Shown here: piece after piece, positions 20,770 to 30,555 of the stretch
Numbering within the stretch: position 1 is the stretch's first letter
Layout: the number at the start of each line of letters is the position of its first letter
Assembly: GCA_965219385.1 (NCBI GenBank)
Contig: CBDCNM010000002.1
Location: forward strand, 344,639-408,638
Direction: 5' to 3'
DNA: 64,000 nucleotides
From: Candidatus Latescibacterota bacterium
GTDB lineage: Bacteria; Latescibacterota; UBA2968; UBA8231
Translations under genes and position numbers: made by a program
Notes under the pieces: generated by a model
Databases searched by the model: none
Told to the model about the DNA's origin: nothing
Seen by the model: the letters and a program-made list of their open reading frames with translations, nothing else

Positions 20770-21931
20770 GGCTTTGTTGCATGAATCTCGGGCGGCCGTG
20801 TTGGCCCTTTCCGGGTTGGGTTTACGCTTTTTTGGTGATGGGATAGGATTCGGGTTTAGCCAGATGTAGCATCCGGTGGAGCAGAGCACAGCCCCACCGC
20901 GTTTCGGTCTGTTGGTTGGGTAGGGTTCGAGCGTGCAAGGGGTCGCCGAGAAGCTGTTTGTAGCGGCCGATGTGCGTTTCGACCATGGATCGTCGATGAT
21001 AGCCGCTGTCGTTTTTCCACGCTCGCCGGCCCTGTTTGCGGAGGGCGCGGAGGGTCTCATCGCGGGGCAACGGCTCGGCGTTGGCGTTGCCATGTTGCTG
21101 GATTTTGGCCTCCTTGCGCGGCGGAATAACCGGCTGGATCGGTGGCCCCGGTTCGGGCGCGGCCAACCGATCAAAGACCTTGCGTCTATCATAGGCTCCA
21201 TCACCGCCCACCGCTTCGATGGGAGCTTGGACTTGCTGAAGCAACGGCTCGACCTGGGAGGCCTCATCGGGGCGGTTGGTCGTCAACGTCGGCGCGACGA
21301 TTTCGCCGGTGGCCTCGTTGACCCCCAAGGGCAATTTGCGCCACGTGCGTCGCTTGGTACAGCCATGCTGACGCCCCTTCCACTCGCCTTCGCCATACAC
21401 TTTCAGCCCCGTCGAATCGACCACCAAGTGCATTGATTCGCCGCTCGGCTGGTTGGGTAGCGCGACCCCCCAGTCGGCTTGCCGCCGCGATAAGGTCGTG
21501 TGATCGGGCACCCGTAGGGTCAAGCCCATCAACGCGAGGATGGAGGCGACAAACCCCTCGGTTGGGCGCGGGGGCAAGGCATACAAAAGCCGCAGCGTCA
21601 ACGCCGTTGGGAGCGCGATATCCGAAAAGGTATATTGCGCCCCTCGCTGGGGTGGGCCTTGATAATACCACGCGGGAACCACGTGCCGGCTAAACCACAC
21701 CGTCAGACTCCCACGCTGTTTAAGCCCCGCCTCGTAGGCCGGCCCATTCCGCACGCGATACACGACCTTGCAGCGACGACGACGGCGACGGGGCTTGACC
21801 GAGGGCGACGGAGAGGATACTTTGGGCATGACAGGTTCCTTGGACGAGAAAGCATGGATTCTTTCGCAAAAAGGTCCTGCTCAATCTACTAAGGAGCCTG
21901 TCTTTGTTCAACCCATTCATGCACCAAAGCC
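20770..21931 (-). mobile_element. IS5-family (IS903 group) element
   Basis: IRs ggctttgttgcatgaat (20770-20786) and attcatgcaccaaagcc (21915-21931); flanks not duplicated. Confidence 0.9.
20822..21829 (-). CDS. IS903-group transposase (possibly degenerate)
   Basis: LKQRGSLTVW, PDHTTLSRR, VDSTGLKVYGEGEW, DGAYD, SGYHRRSMVET. Confidence 0.9.
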   Translation of the reverse strand: MPKVSSPSPSVKPRRRRRRCKVVYRVRNGPAYEAGLKQRGSLTVWFSRHVVPAWYYQGPPQRGAQYTFSDIALPTALTLRLLYALPPRPTEGFVASILALMGLTLRVPDHTTLSRRQADWGVALPNQPSGESMHLVVDSTGLKVYGEGEWKGRQHGCTKRRTWRKLPLGVNEATGEIVAPTLTTNRPDEASQVEPLLQQVQAPIEAVGGDGAYDRRKVFDRLAAPEPGPPIQPVIPPRKEAKIQQHGNANAEPLPRDETLRALRKQGRRAWKNDSGYHRRSMVETHIGRYKQLLGDPLHARTLPNQQTETRWGCALLHRMLHLAKPESYPITKKA

Positions 21932-22362
21932 TATGAATTTGACTATGGTGGAAGGATCGCCACATGTTTTTTGATGCTGGGGCATGATTCTTCGGTAGGA
22001 TTCAAGGTGGACGGCGACGCCAGCGGCGGGCCATACGCCTTCTTGGGCTTGGGCGATGGGACCTATGACACCGAAGAAGGCCGGCGGCAGCTGAATCAAC
22101 ACGCTCAAAACTACACCGTCCTGGGTGAAATCTTCGGCGGCAGCCCCCATGTATGCTTGGGGCTTCAGACTCTATATGGCGACGAAGATTGGTTTCAGCG
22201 ACCGCCGTATGCGGAGGGGGGGGAGCTTCTTTCGGCGAGCAGCCCACGCTATCGGTGACGGAATTCTACGTGACGCCCTTCGATCGGTTGATTTGGAACC
22301 GTCCAGAGGAGAGTGTGGTGTCGGCGTTGTCGCGTGGGACCCTGATCGGGTTTGTCCTCTTA

Positions 22363-23267
22363 GAGTCTCTAACAAAACCTTGGAATCGCGTATAGGCTTC
22401 ATTATATTCTTATCCTCTTCGGTATTGCTTCTACCGTCTTGATATGGAGGTGTTTTTGATGGCCAAGCCGTTACTCGACGATGGGTTATGGGCCTTGATT
22501 GAACCGGTTTTGCCCCCCGTAACCGTTGGCCCCCAAGGGGGGCGGCCTCGGCTGGATAACCGTAGGGTGCTGACCGGCATTCTCTTTGTGCTCAAGACGG
22601 GTATCCCTTGGGAGTATTTGCCTCAAGAGATGGGGTGCGGTTCGGGGATGACCTGTTGGCGTCGCCTGCACGCTTGGCAACAAGCCGGGGTCTGGAAAAG
22701 AGTCCATCATATCCTGTTGAACCGACTGAGGGCCGCCGACCGGATTGATTGGTCTCGTGCGGTGGTCGATAGTGCCTCGGTGCGGGCGGTTGGGGGGGGG
22801 CGCACACCGGTCCCAATCCGACGGACCGCGGCAAACCCGGTAGCAAACACCATGTAATCACCGATGCCCAAGGGGTGCCGTTGGCGGCGGGGGTGACGGG
22901 GGCCCATCGGCATGATGTGACGTAGCTGTTGCCGTTGGTGGATCGCATACCCCCGGTGGCCGGTCGGGTCGGCCGCCCGCGCCGTCGGCCGGATCGGGTG
23001 CAAGGGGATCGGGCCTATGATTCGCAAGCCCATCGGCGCGCCTTGCGTAAGCGGGGCATCGGCTCGGTGTTGGCTCGGCGAGGGCAAGCCCACGGCAGCG
23101 GCTTGGGCGTCTATCGGTGGGTGGTGGAACGAACGTTGGCATGGTTGCACCAATTCCGTCGGCTTCGAGTCCGCTGGGAGCGACGAGGTGATCTCCATGA
23201 AGCCTTTCTCGACATCGGATGTATTCTCATCTGTTGGAAGTACCTCAAAGAGTTTTGTTAGGGCCTC
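22363..23267 (+). mobile_element. IS5-family element with two-ORF transposase, TTA target duplication
   Basis: IRs gagtctctaacaaaac / gttttgttagggcctc; TTA at 22360-22362 and 23268-23270. Confidence 0.92.
22444..23261 (+). pseudogene. IS5 transposase orfA/orfB with in-frame TAG (22923-22925)
   Basis: GILFVLKTGIPW..LP, GDRAYDS, RWVVERTLAWLHQFRRLRVRWER; G9 tract at the frame switch. Confidence 0.88.
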
Positions 23268-23570
23268 TTAATTGCAGATCATGACGACACGGAAGACCCC
23301 CGGGCGGAAGGCTGGCATGTTATTAGGGGGCGAGATTACTCGTCCGGACCCTGGAACGCCGACCACTTTGCCCGGGGCCTTCTGGTGGGTCCTGGAGGCG
23401 AGGTCCCCGACTCAGCGGTGGAGAGCGTGACCTGGAGCCGGATCAAGGCGACCTTTGTCCGCTAAGCGCAAAGGCGCTGGGCTGTCTTACGGCCCCCCCG
23501 ACGCCCTGGCTAGCCCTAGTTCCATTTTCGTAGCACCGCGCGTGCGTTTATCTCGAGTAAGAGCGGCTTT

Positions 23571-23786
23571 GTGTCGCCGCGGAGGGGCCTGCCAGTGGCC
23601 TGGGTGGTGGGCCTCCTGCTGGCAGCCACCGTGGTGTTGGCACCCAACCCGGCCGAGGCCGCTTGTGAAGAGGGTTACTATGAGTGGGTGAACTGTAATC
23701 CGATAGGATGTGGCAATTTTTGCGACGAAGCGAAAGGCTGCTGCAGCACGTGTGTCGGCGATGGGGATCATTGCCATTGTTACTGA
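23571..23786 (+). CDS. Small secreted cysteine-rich, defensin-like peptide
   Basis: Hydrophobic signal ending AEA, then ACEEGYYEWVNCNPIGCGNFCDEAKGCCSTCVGDGDHCHCY (9 Cys; CxxxC and CxC). Confidence 0.55.
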   Translation: MSPRRGLPVAWVVGLLLAATVVLAPNPAEAACEEGYYEWVNCNPIGCGNFCDEAKGCCSTCVGDGDHCHCY

Positions 23787-24020
23787 TGCTCAAGATGTAG
23801 CAGTCCTACTTTATTTGTAAGATATTAGATTCAGTGAATGTAACTATGTAATTTGCAAAAACTAATGATTTACGATAACACAAGAAACGACTCATTTCAT
23901 ACTGCTATACAAAAATTCAGGGTCTTGGAGGTGTTGAAGGCTCTTCTTTTCTGGCCGCTGATAGCGAATATACCTTTTCTTCCCTTCTAAAGGAAGGCGT
24001 ATCCAAGTTCAAAGGATTTC

Positions 24021-25853
24021 ATGAAAACTATTGCCAGCAACACCCCCACCCCACCCCCTGCCTGGGCGGTGCTGGAGCGCCAGCTGATTGACGCCATGAA
24101 CCAGGCCGCGCCCATCTTCATCGAAAAATACACCCGGCCCGGTGGGGCCCTGATCTGGATGGAGGGGAACCCGGGAGACGATATCTGGGCCGACGATCTC
24201 TACGAGGGCTTTTTCAACTGGCCGTTCTTCTACGATCTGGGCGGCGCCGACTACATCGGGGCGATGGCGGTGCAGGAATGGAACGCCATCACCCGCCAGA
24301 TCACCTACGACTACGACCGCCTCACCCGGGAGTTCATCAACGACGACGACTGGTTCCACAACGGCGAGAACTACGTCTACTTCAGCGCCCTGGGCCTGGT
24401 GGAGCCGACCAACGCCGAGATGATGCGGCGCGCCCGGCGCTTTGCCGGAATCTACATGGGCGAGGATTCCGAGTCACCCAACTACGACAAAAAACACCGC
24501 ATCATCCGCTCTCCCTACAACGGCGGCAAGGGACCGCTCTTCCATGCCCGCTACGAGGATGTGCACTACAATCTGGTCCACAATCACGTCAATTTGAGTC
24601 CGGTGTACACCCCCCCGCCCGACTGGTTCGAAGACGCGGCCCAGCGCGAGAAGGTGCACCAGCTCTTCGACGAAATCGTCATGCAGGGAGATGTCCCGGT
24701 CAACCTGTCGGCGGTGGCCCTGGGAGCCAATGCCTACCTCTACACCGGCGAGGAGCAATATCGCGACTGGGTGGCCGAGTACGTCGGGGCCTGGATGGAA
24801 CGCATCGAGGAAAACGACGGCATCATTCCCGACAATGTAGGGCTCAACGGCCGCACCGGCGAGAACCGGAGGGGGCAGTGGTGGGGGGCGCTCTACGGCT
24901 GGGCCCAGGGCCTGGGCATGATGTCGCTGAGCATGACCATAGCCGCCGAATGCGCCCAGCTGGTGACCGGCGATGCGGCCTACCTGGACCTGATTCGCTC
25001 GCAGCTAGACATGCTCATGGAAAAGGGGGTCGAGCGCCACGGCCGGCTGGTGTTTCCGAGCCGGCACACCGACGAAGGGTGGACCGGTTTTTCGAGCAAT
25101 ATAGCCCACAACGCCCTGCCGCCGATCCACCTGTGGGCGGCCTCCATGGAGCCACGGGACTGGCAGCGGCTGGAGACCCTCTACCAGCTGGACCCGGAGC
25201 CGTGGGGCGCGGTCACTTCGAGGGGCCCGCGCGAGATGGACGATCGCGCCTGGGTCCGCTTCCTGGCCGGCGAGCTGCCCGACTACCCCGAGCAAATCCT
25301 CCAGGCCAATTACCTGGAGGTCCGCCGCCGGGTGGAAATGGTCCAGACTGACGAGACTGATATGACGGCGGGCCGCGTCCTGGGGCAGCCCGGCGACGAG
25401 CACCACTGGCAGCAGCGCAATCCGGTCCTGACCGAAGCCCTGGCGCAGCTCACCACCGGCGGTCCTCCGGCCGTCTACTGGGGCGGGCTGGCCCGGGGCC
25501 GTCTGCGCTACTTCGATCCGCCCCGGCAGCGCCCCGGCCTGCCGCCCGATACCGCGGCGCTGGTCACGCGGCTGGAAGCGGGCAGCGTGGATGTGCAGCT
25601 GGTCAACCTCAGCGTGCACGCCAGCCGCCGGGTCGTGGTGCAGGCCGGCAGCTTCGGCGAGCACTGCTTCGACCAGGTCGAACTTCTCGACGAGGGGGGC
25701 GTGCCCTCCTCGTCCGTGGAAGTCGGCGCCCGATGCTTCCAGGTCGACCTGGCCCCCGGCAGCCAGGCAAAGCTGCACATTTCCATGCAGCGCCATTGCA
25801 ACAAGCCCGGCTATGCCTTCCCCTGGCACGGCGAGACCATACCCTTCCGCTGA
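24021..25853 (+). CDS. Uncharacterised ~610-aa protein (paralog 1 of 3; possible alpha/alpha-barrel)
   Basis: RBS, GC3-rich codon use; motifs PPAWAVLER, DDLYE..NWP, PDNVGL, WQQRNPV.TEAL, RYFD..RPGLP shared with 37016 and 57742 genes. Confidence 0.85.
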   Translation: MKTIASNTPTPPPAWAVLERQLIDAMNQAAPIFIEKYTRPGGALIWMEGNPGDDIWADDLYEGFFNWPFFYDLGGADYIGAMAVQEWNAITRQITYDYDRLTREFINDDDWFHNGENYVYFSALGLVEPTNAEMMRRARRFAGIYMGEDSESPNYDKKHRIIRSPYNGGKGPLFHARYEDVHYNLVHNHVNLSPVYTPPPDWFEDAAQREKVHQLFDEIVMQGDVPVNLSAVALGANAYLYTGEEQYRDWVAEYVGAWMERIEENDGIIPDNVGLNGRTGENRRGQWWGALYGWAQGLGMMSLSMTIAAECAQLVTGDAAYLDLIRSQLDMLMEKGVERHGRLVFPSRHTDEGWTGFSSNIAHNALPPIHLWAASMEPRDWQRLETLYQLDPEPWGAVTSRGPREMDDRAWVRFLAGELPDYPEQILQANYLEVRRRVEMVQTDETDMTAGRVLGQPGDEHHWQQRNPVLTEALAQLTTGGPPAVYWGGLARGRLRYFDPPRQRPGLPPDTAALVTRLEAGSVDVQLVNLSVHASRRVVVQAGSFGEHCFDQVELLDEGGVPSSSVEVGARCFQVDLAPGSQAKLHISMQRHCNKPGYAFPWHGETIPFR

Positions 25854-25936
25854 GGATAAGATGACCGCAAGTCGTTGAAACTGACCCAATCCATTGTCGT
25901 GTTTAAGCTACAGTGACGGCAGAGAAAGAGAAGTTG

Positions 25937-26043
25937 GCGATCCCGAAGCCCCGTTTGAGATTCTGGACTTTATTGAGCAGGCGGGCGCCGATTTGCCGCA
26001 CACCATCATGAACCACATCGACCGGCGGCTGTTCGAGAGCTGA
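25937..26043 (+). pseudogene. Phosphotriesterase-family internal fragment
   Basis: DPEAPFEILDFIEQAGADLPHTIMNHIDRR. Confidence 0.55.
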
Positions 26044-26220
26044 AAGCGCCTTGGTCGACTGTGAAGGTCTGCTTGTTGCACCGTGTCATACATTGTCTTA
26101 TATTTCAGAACATAGATATCACACTGAATTTGCACAGACAACAAAGTACGGCAAGCGCTGGAGAAGCGCGCCAGGTGGCGGTTGACGGTAGAGTCGAAAA
26201 AAAGAGGGGTACTTTGCGCT

Positions 26221-28728
26221 ATGTCTACCCGTTGCGGTTTCTGTTTTCTCATCGCAACCATAGCCTCTGCCGCGGCGCAAATGTCCCCTTATGGCCTCGA
26301 CGAGCGTCAGGCCAATACCTCCTTTGCGGTCCTCACCTCGGCTCCTCCGACCGAGATGAGCCTGCGGCAGATCTTTGCCAAACGCTATAACCGCCAGCCA
26401 GTCGCCCTCACCCATGCCGGAGACGGCAGCCAGCGTCTTTTCTGGCTGGGCAAGGAGGGCATCATCCAGGTCTGGCATCCGCGGGAGGATGTAATACGAA
26501 AGGCCGCTTTTTTCCTCGTTATCACCGACCAGGTAAACTCCTCCTATCTCGAATCCGGATTGCTGAGCATGGCCTTTCATCCGAACTATGCCAGCAACGG
26601 CAAGTTCTATCTGTACTACACGCACGGAGAGTTGGTCTCGCGGATTTCGGAGTTTCAGGTTTCGAGCAGCAACCCCGACTCGGCCGACGCTTCCAGCGAG
26701 CGCATCTTGTTGGAGGTGGAACAATACCGGGCAAGCCACTTCGGCGGCCAGCTCGCCTTCGGGCCGGACGGGTACCTATATATCGCTCTCGGTGACGGGC
26801 GCTTTACGGACAAAGACGGCGTAAACCTGGCCCAGAATCCAACCATCTTGCAGGGTTCCATCCTGCGGATCGACGTGGAGACCCGCACGGGAGACCTGGC
26901 CTACGGCATCCCCCCGGACAATCCCTTTGTCGGCAATACCCGCGGCTGGCGCGAAGAGATCTGGGCCTGGGGATTGCGCAACCCCTGGCGCTTCAGCTTT
27001 GACCGCCAGACCGGAGACCTGTGGGCCGGAGACGTGGGCAGCCATTTCTGGGAAGAGGTGAACCTGATCGAGAAGGGCAAGAACTATGGCTGGCCCATCA
27101 TGGAGGGCAATCGTTGCCGCCCTCCGGCCACAGAGTGCGACACCGCCGGCTTTACCCTGCCGGTTTTCACCTACGAACATCGGGGATCTGCCGCAATTAC
27201 CGGTGGGTATGTCTACCGGGGCACGCGCTTGCCGCAGCTCGAGGGCGCGTACCTGTACGGGGATTACATCGATGGCAGGATCTGGGCTCTGCGCTATGGG
27301 GACGGGCAGGTCCTCGAAAACCGTCTCATCGCCGTCAGCTCGTCCACCATAACGAGTTTTGGAGAGGACGAGATGGGGGAGATCTACATTCTGGGCTTCA
27401 ACGGACCCCTGTATGTCCTGGAAAACAGTCCCTCTGAGGCCGGGCCCGACCAGATCCCGCAGACCCTCTCTACATCCGGCCTGTTCAGCCAGATCACCTC
27501 GCAGACCTCTTCCCCCGGCCTGATCCCCTACTCGGTCAATGCCCAGTTGTGGTCCGACGGCGCCTCCAAGACCCGTTTGATGGCTTTGCCCGGCAAACAA
27601 ACCGTCGGCTTTTCGCCCGACGGTTTCTGGCGCTTCCCGCTCGGTGCGGTCTTTGTGAAAAACTTCTACCTGGAAATGGAAAGAGGCAATCCGGACAGCC
27701 GCCACATAGTGGAGACTCGCCTACTGGTAAAAAACGCCAGGGGAGAGGAATGGACGGGGTTGAGTTACCAGTGGAACGACGAAGGCACGGACGCGAAATT
27801 GCTGGAAGAAAGTCATACCGAAACGTATACCATTGTGGATGCGGAAAGGCCGGATGGCCGTTCTGAACAAACCCACTATTTTCCCAGCCGGACCGAGTGC
27901 ACCCTCTGTCATACCCGGGCGGCCGGCTACGTCCTGGGCGCTCATACAGCGCAACTGAACAAGATGCACACCTATGGAGACATAGAGGATCACCAGCTGC
28001 GCAGCTTCAATCACATCGGGCTTTTCGGCAGCCTGAATATCGGCGAAGATTACCGCGATCTCCCCTGGCAGCCCGACCCATTCGATTCCCAGGTGGATGT
28101 GGCGCTGCGGGCCCGTTCCTACCTGGATGCCAATTGCGCCCAGTGCCACCGGCCCCAGGGCACGGGCCGGTCCAATATGGACCTGCGCTTCTCCACTTCG
28201 CTGGACCAGACCCACACCGTGGACATCCCGCCAGCCCTGGATGATATGGGGGTGGAAAACGCCCGGCTCATCAGCCCGGGCGCCCCCGAGCGGTCCGTGA
28301 TTTATCTGCGCATGCTGAGCCTGGATGAACCCCGCATGCCGCCCCTGGCCACCTCCAGGGTGGACTGGGAAGGGGCCGAGTTGATCCGCCGGTGGATACG
28401 CAACATGCCCGGCACGACTCAAATCGCGGTGGAAAGCAACACGGAGCCGCTCTCGTTCCGGCTGGCGCAAAACTATCCCAACCCCTTCAACCCCAGCACC
28501 ACCATCCGCTACCAACTGGTTAGGGCCGCCTGGGTGCGCCTGGCCGTGTTCGATGTGCTCGGCCGCAGGATCAAGACCCTCGTGCACCAGGTCCGTCCTG
28601 CCGGAGACCATGCAGTGAGCTGGGACGGGACGGACAATGAGGGACGCCCGGTCGGCAGCGGAGTGTACCACTACCGGTTGGGCACGGATTCATTCAACCG
28701 AACGCGCAAGATGGTTTTGCTACGGTAG
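26221..28728 (+). CDS. Secreted PQQ-dependent sugar dehydrogenase (GSDH) propeller, di-heme cytochrome c region and FlgD-Ig-type C-terminal domain
   Basis: GLLSMAFHP, HFGGQLAFGPDGYLY, GLRNPWRFSFD; CTLCH and CAQCH; LAQNYPNPFNPSTTI..WDGTDNEG..SGVY..KMVLLR. Confidence 0.88.
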   Translation: MSTRCGFCFLIATIASAAAQMSPYGLDERQANTSFAVLTSAPPTEMSLRQIFAKRYNRQPVALTHAGDGSQRLFWLGKEGIIQVWHPREDVIRKAAFFLVITDQVNSSYLESGLLSMAFHPNYASNGKFYLYYTHGELVSRISEFQVSSSNPDSADASSERILLEVEQYRASHFGGQLAFGPDGYLYIALGDGRFTDKDGVNLAQNPTILQGSILRIDVETRTGDLAYGIPPDNPFVGNTRGWREEIWAWGLRNPWRFSFDRQTGDLWAGDVGSHFWEEVNLIEKGKNYGWPIMEGNRCRPPATECDTAGFTLPVFTYEHRGSAAITGGYVYRGTRLPQLEGAYLYGDYIDGRIWALRYGDGQVLENRLIAVSSSTITSFGEDEMGEIYILGFNGPLYVLENSPSEAGPDQIPQTLSTSGLFSQITSQTSSPGLIPYSVNAQLWSDGASKTRLMALPGKQTVGFSPDGFWRFPLGAVFVKNFYLEMERGNPDSRHIVETRLLVKNARGEEWTGLSYQWNDEGTDAKLLEESHTETYTIVDAERPDGRSEQTHYFPSRTECTLCHTRAAGYVLGAHTAQLNKMHTYGDIEDHQLRSFNHIGLFGSLNIGEDYRDLPWQPDPFDSQVDVALRARSYLDANCAQCHRPQGTGRSNMDLRFSTSLDQTHTVDIPPALDDMGVENARLISPGAPERSVIYLRMLSLDEPRMPPLATSRVDWEGAELIRRWIRNMPGTTQIAVESNTEPLSFRLAQNYPNPFNPSTTIRYQLVRAAWVRLAVFDVLGRRIKTLVHQVRPAGDHAVSWDGTDNEGRPVGSGVYHYRLGTDSFNRTRKMVLLR

Positions 28729-28857
28729 TAGTGCGGCTGCGATTGTGATCGTCCAACCTTTGTGGAACGAATTTGCATTCATCCTGGTAATCGCGTTCTG
28801 CACGAACTCAAGGTGTTTGAGTCGGTCTCCTGAGCCATTCATTGCATCCTTAGACAT
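28720..28857 (-). pseudogene. N-terminal stub of a small membrane protein
   Basis: AGGAGG RBS plus MSKDAMNGSGDRLKHLEFVQNAITRMNANSFHKGWTITIAAALL, then runs into the convergent gene. Confidence 0.55.
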
Positions 28858-29057
28858 GCTTGTTGCCTCCTTGTATAGATTGAGCGACAAACTACGCTAC
28901 CTTGCTCTCCTATTACACCGATGTGATCTGTCCACTCGACGAGAACAACATCTACTACCTGGGCGAAAAGGTGTATTGCATCCGCTCCGAGGGATTCATG
29001 AAGTGGGCGTTGCTGACCGCAGAGATGGACGGAGATGCAGCCGACTAGGAGACCTCC

Positions 29058-30446
29058 ATGAACGCCGTTGCCGACACAGATGCCTCGACCCTGGTGCTGG
29101 ACATAGGCAAAACCAACGTCAAGCTCCTGGTGATGAGCAAGACCGGCTCCATCCTCGACGTGGATCGAATGGACAACTACAGCCTCGACGGCCCTCCCTA
29201 TCCGCACCTGGACACCGAGCGGGTCTGGCAGTGGCTGCTGGAAAGCGCCGGCCCGTTTGCCCGCCGGTATTCCATCGACGCCATCGTGCCCACAACGCAC
29301 GGCTGCACCGCGGGCTTGGTGGATGCCGCCGGACTGGTCCTGCCCATCCTCGACTACGAAGCACAAGCCCCGGCCGAGGTCGCGCAGGCCTATGCCGGGG
29401 TCATGCCCTCCTTTGCGGAGACCCAGACCCCGGACCTGCCCGGCGGACAGAATCTCGGACGTCAGCTGTTGTGGCTGCAGCGGGATTTCCCGCAGGAATT
29501 CGCCCGCGCCCAATGGATCCTCACCTACCCGCAGTACTGGGCCTGGCGTTTGTCCGGCGTGGCCGCCGGCGAAATCACCTCGATCGGCTGTCACGGCCAT
29601 TTGTGGAACCCGCAAAAGCACTGTTATTCCAGCCTCGTGGAAAGCCAGGGATGGGAGCGTCTGTTGCCGCCGCTGCAGCCGGCCTACGCGGCCCTGGGAC
29701 CGTTGCTCCCCGCCATCGCCCGGAAGACGGGGCTGGCGCCCACCTGCCAGGTCTACAACGGGATCCACGACAGCAACGCGGCCTACACCCTCTACCTGCG
29801 CGGGCACGACCGGCCCTTCGGCCTGGTCTCGACCGGCACCTGGATCATCGTGATGAGCCCTCGCCTTCCCCTGGCCGCCCTGAACCAGCAGCGGGACACC
29901 CTGGCCTTGGTCGACGTCAAGGGCGAGCCACTGCCCACGGCGCGCTACATGGGGGGCCGGGAGTTCGAGATCCTGAGCAAGGAGGCCGGACCTGCCCGAG
30001 AATGCACCGAGGCGGATATCCGCAAGGTGATACAGCAGCGGAGTTTTATGCTGCCCTCGTTTGCGCCGGGAGGGCCGTTCACGGGCCGCCGGGGCTCGGC
30101 CCGCGGCGGGCCGGTAACGAGCAGCGGCGAGATCATTGCCCGCACCACCCTCTATGCGGCGCTGATGACCACCACCAGCATGCGGATGCTCGAAATGGAC
30201 GGGGATCTGATGATCGACGGCGGTTTTGTCAACAACACCTGGTACTGTCGTTTATTGGCGACGCTGGCGGGCAGCAAGCGCTGTTTTGTCAACCATCAGA
30301 CCGAGGGCACGGCGGTGGGGGCGGGCATGTTGGCGATGTGGGAGGCGGACGGTATTGAATGGCCGTTGGACCTGACCCCGGTCGAAAAGTTCGAGGATCC
30401 GGGCCTGGCGGAATACGTCGAGGAGTGGCGGCGAGCGGTTGCGTAG
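29058..30446 (+). CDS. FGGY-family carbohydrate kinase (fuculo-/rhamnulokinase-like)
   Basis: LDIGKTNVK, TTHG, GIHDSNAA, VSTGTW, TARYMGGREF. Confidence 0.88.
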   Translation: MNAVADTDASTLVLDIGKTNVKLLVMSKTGSILDVDRMDNYSLDGPPYPHLDTERVWQWLLESAGPFARRYSIDAIVPTTHGCTAGLVDAAGLVLPILDYEAQAPAEVAQAYAGVMPSFAETQTPDLPGGQNLGRQLLWLQRDFPQEFARAQWILTYPQYWAWRLSGVAAGEITSIGCHGHLWNPQKHCYSSLVESQGWERLLPPLQPAYAALGPLLPAIARKTGLAPTCQVYNGIHDSNAAYTLYLRGHDRPFGLVSTGTWIIVMSPRLPLAALNQQRDTLALVDVKGEPLPTARYMGGREFEILSKEAGPARECTEADIRKVIQQRSFMLPSFAPGGPFTGRRGSARGGPVTSSGEIIARTTLYAALMTTTSMRMLEMDGDLMIDGGFVNNTWYCRLLATLAGSKRCFVNHQTEGTAVGAGMLAMWEADGIEWPLDLTPVEKFEDPGLAEYVEEWRRAVA

Positions 30447-30555
30447 TGCAGGGGCACTGCAATTCTATCTGAGCCACGCCGAAATTTTCGCTTTCCAGCT
30501 GAAGACACCTGAAGACACGAGTACAGAGCAAGGAAAACACACAGGAGGATCCCAA

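Larger units (their letters stand above)
21932..23465 (+). pseudogene. Secreted-type protein with C-terminal SAVESVTWSRIKATF motif, interrupted by IS5 and frameshifted
   Basis: EFYVTPFDRLIWNRPEESVVS..IGFVLL|IADHDD rejoins in frame when the IS is removed; ends PDSAVESVTWSRIKATFVR*. Confidence 0.7.

Noticed and set aside
20347..21267. 306-aa minus-strand ORF
   Set aside because: Chimera of an alternative IS frame and the antisense of a more protein-like plus-strand frame
28637..30358. 573-aa plus-strand ORF
   Set aside because: Arg/Pro-rich shadow frame over the FGGY kinase
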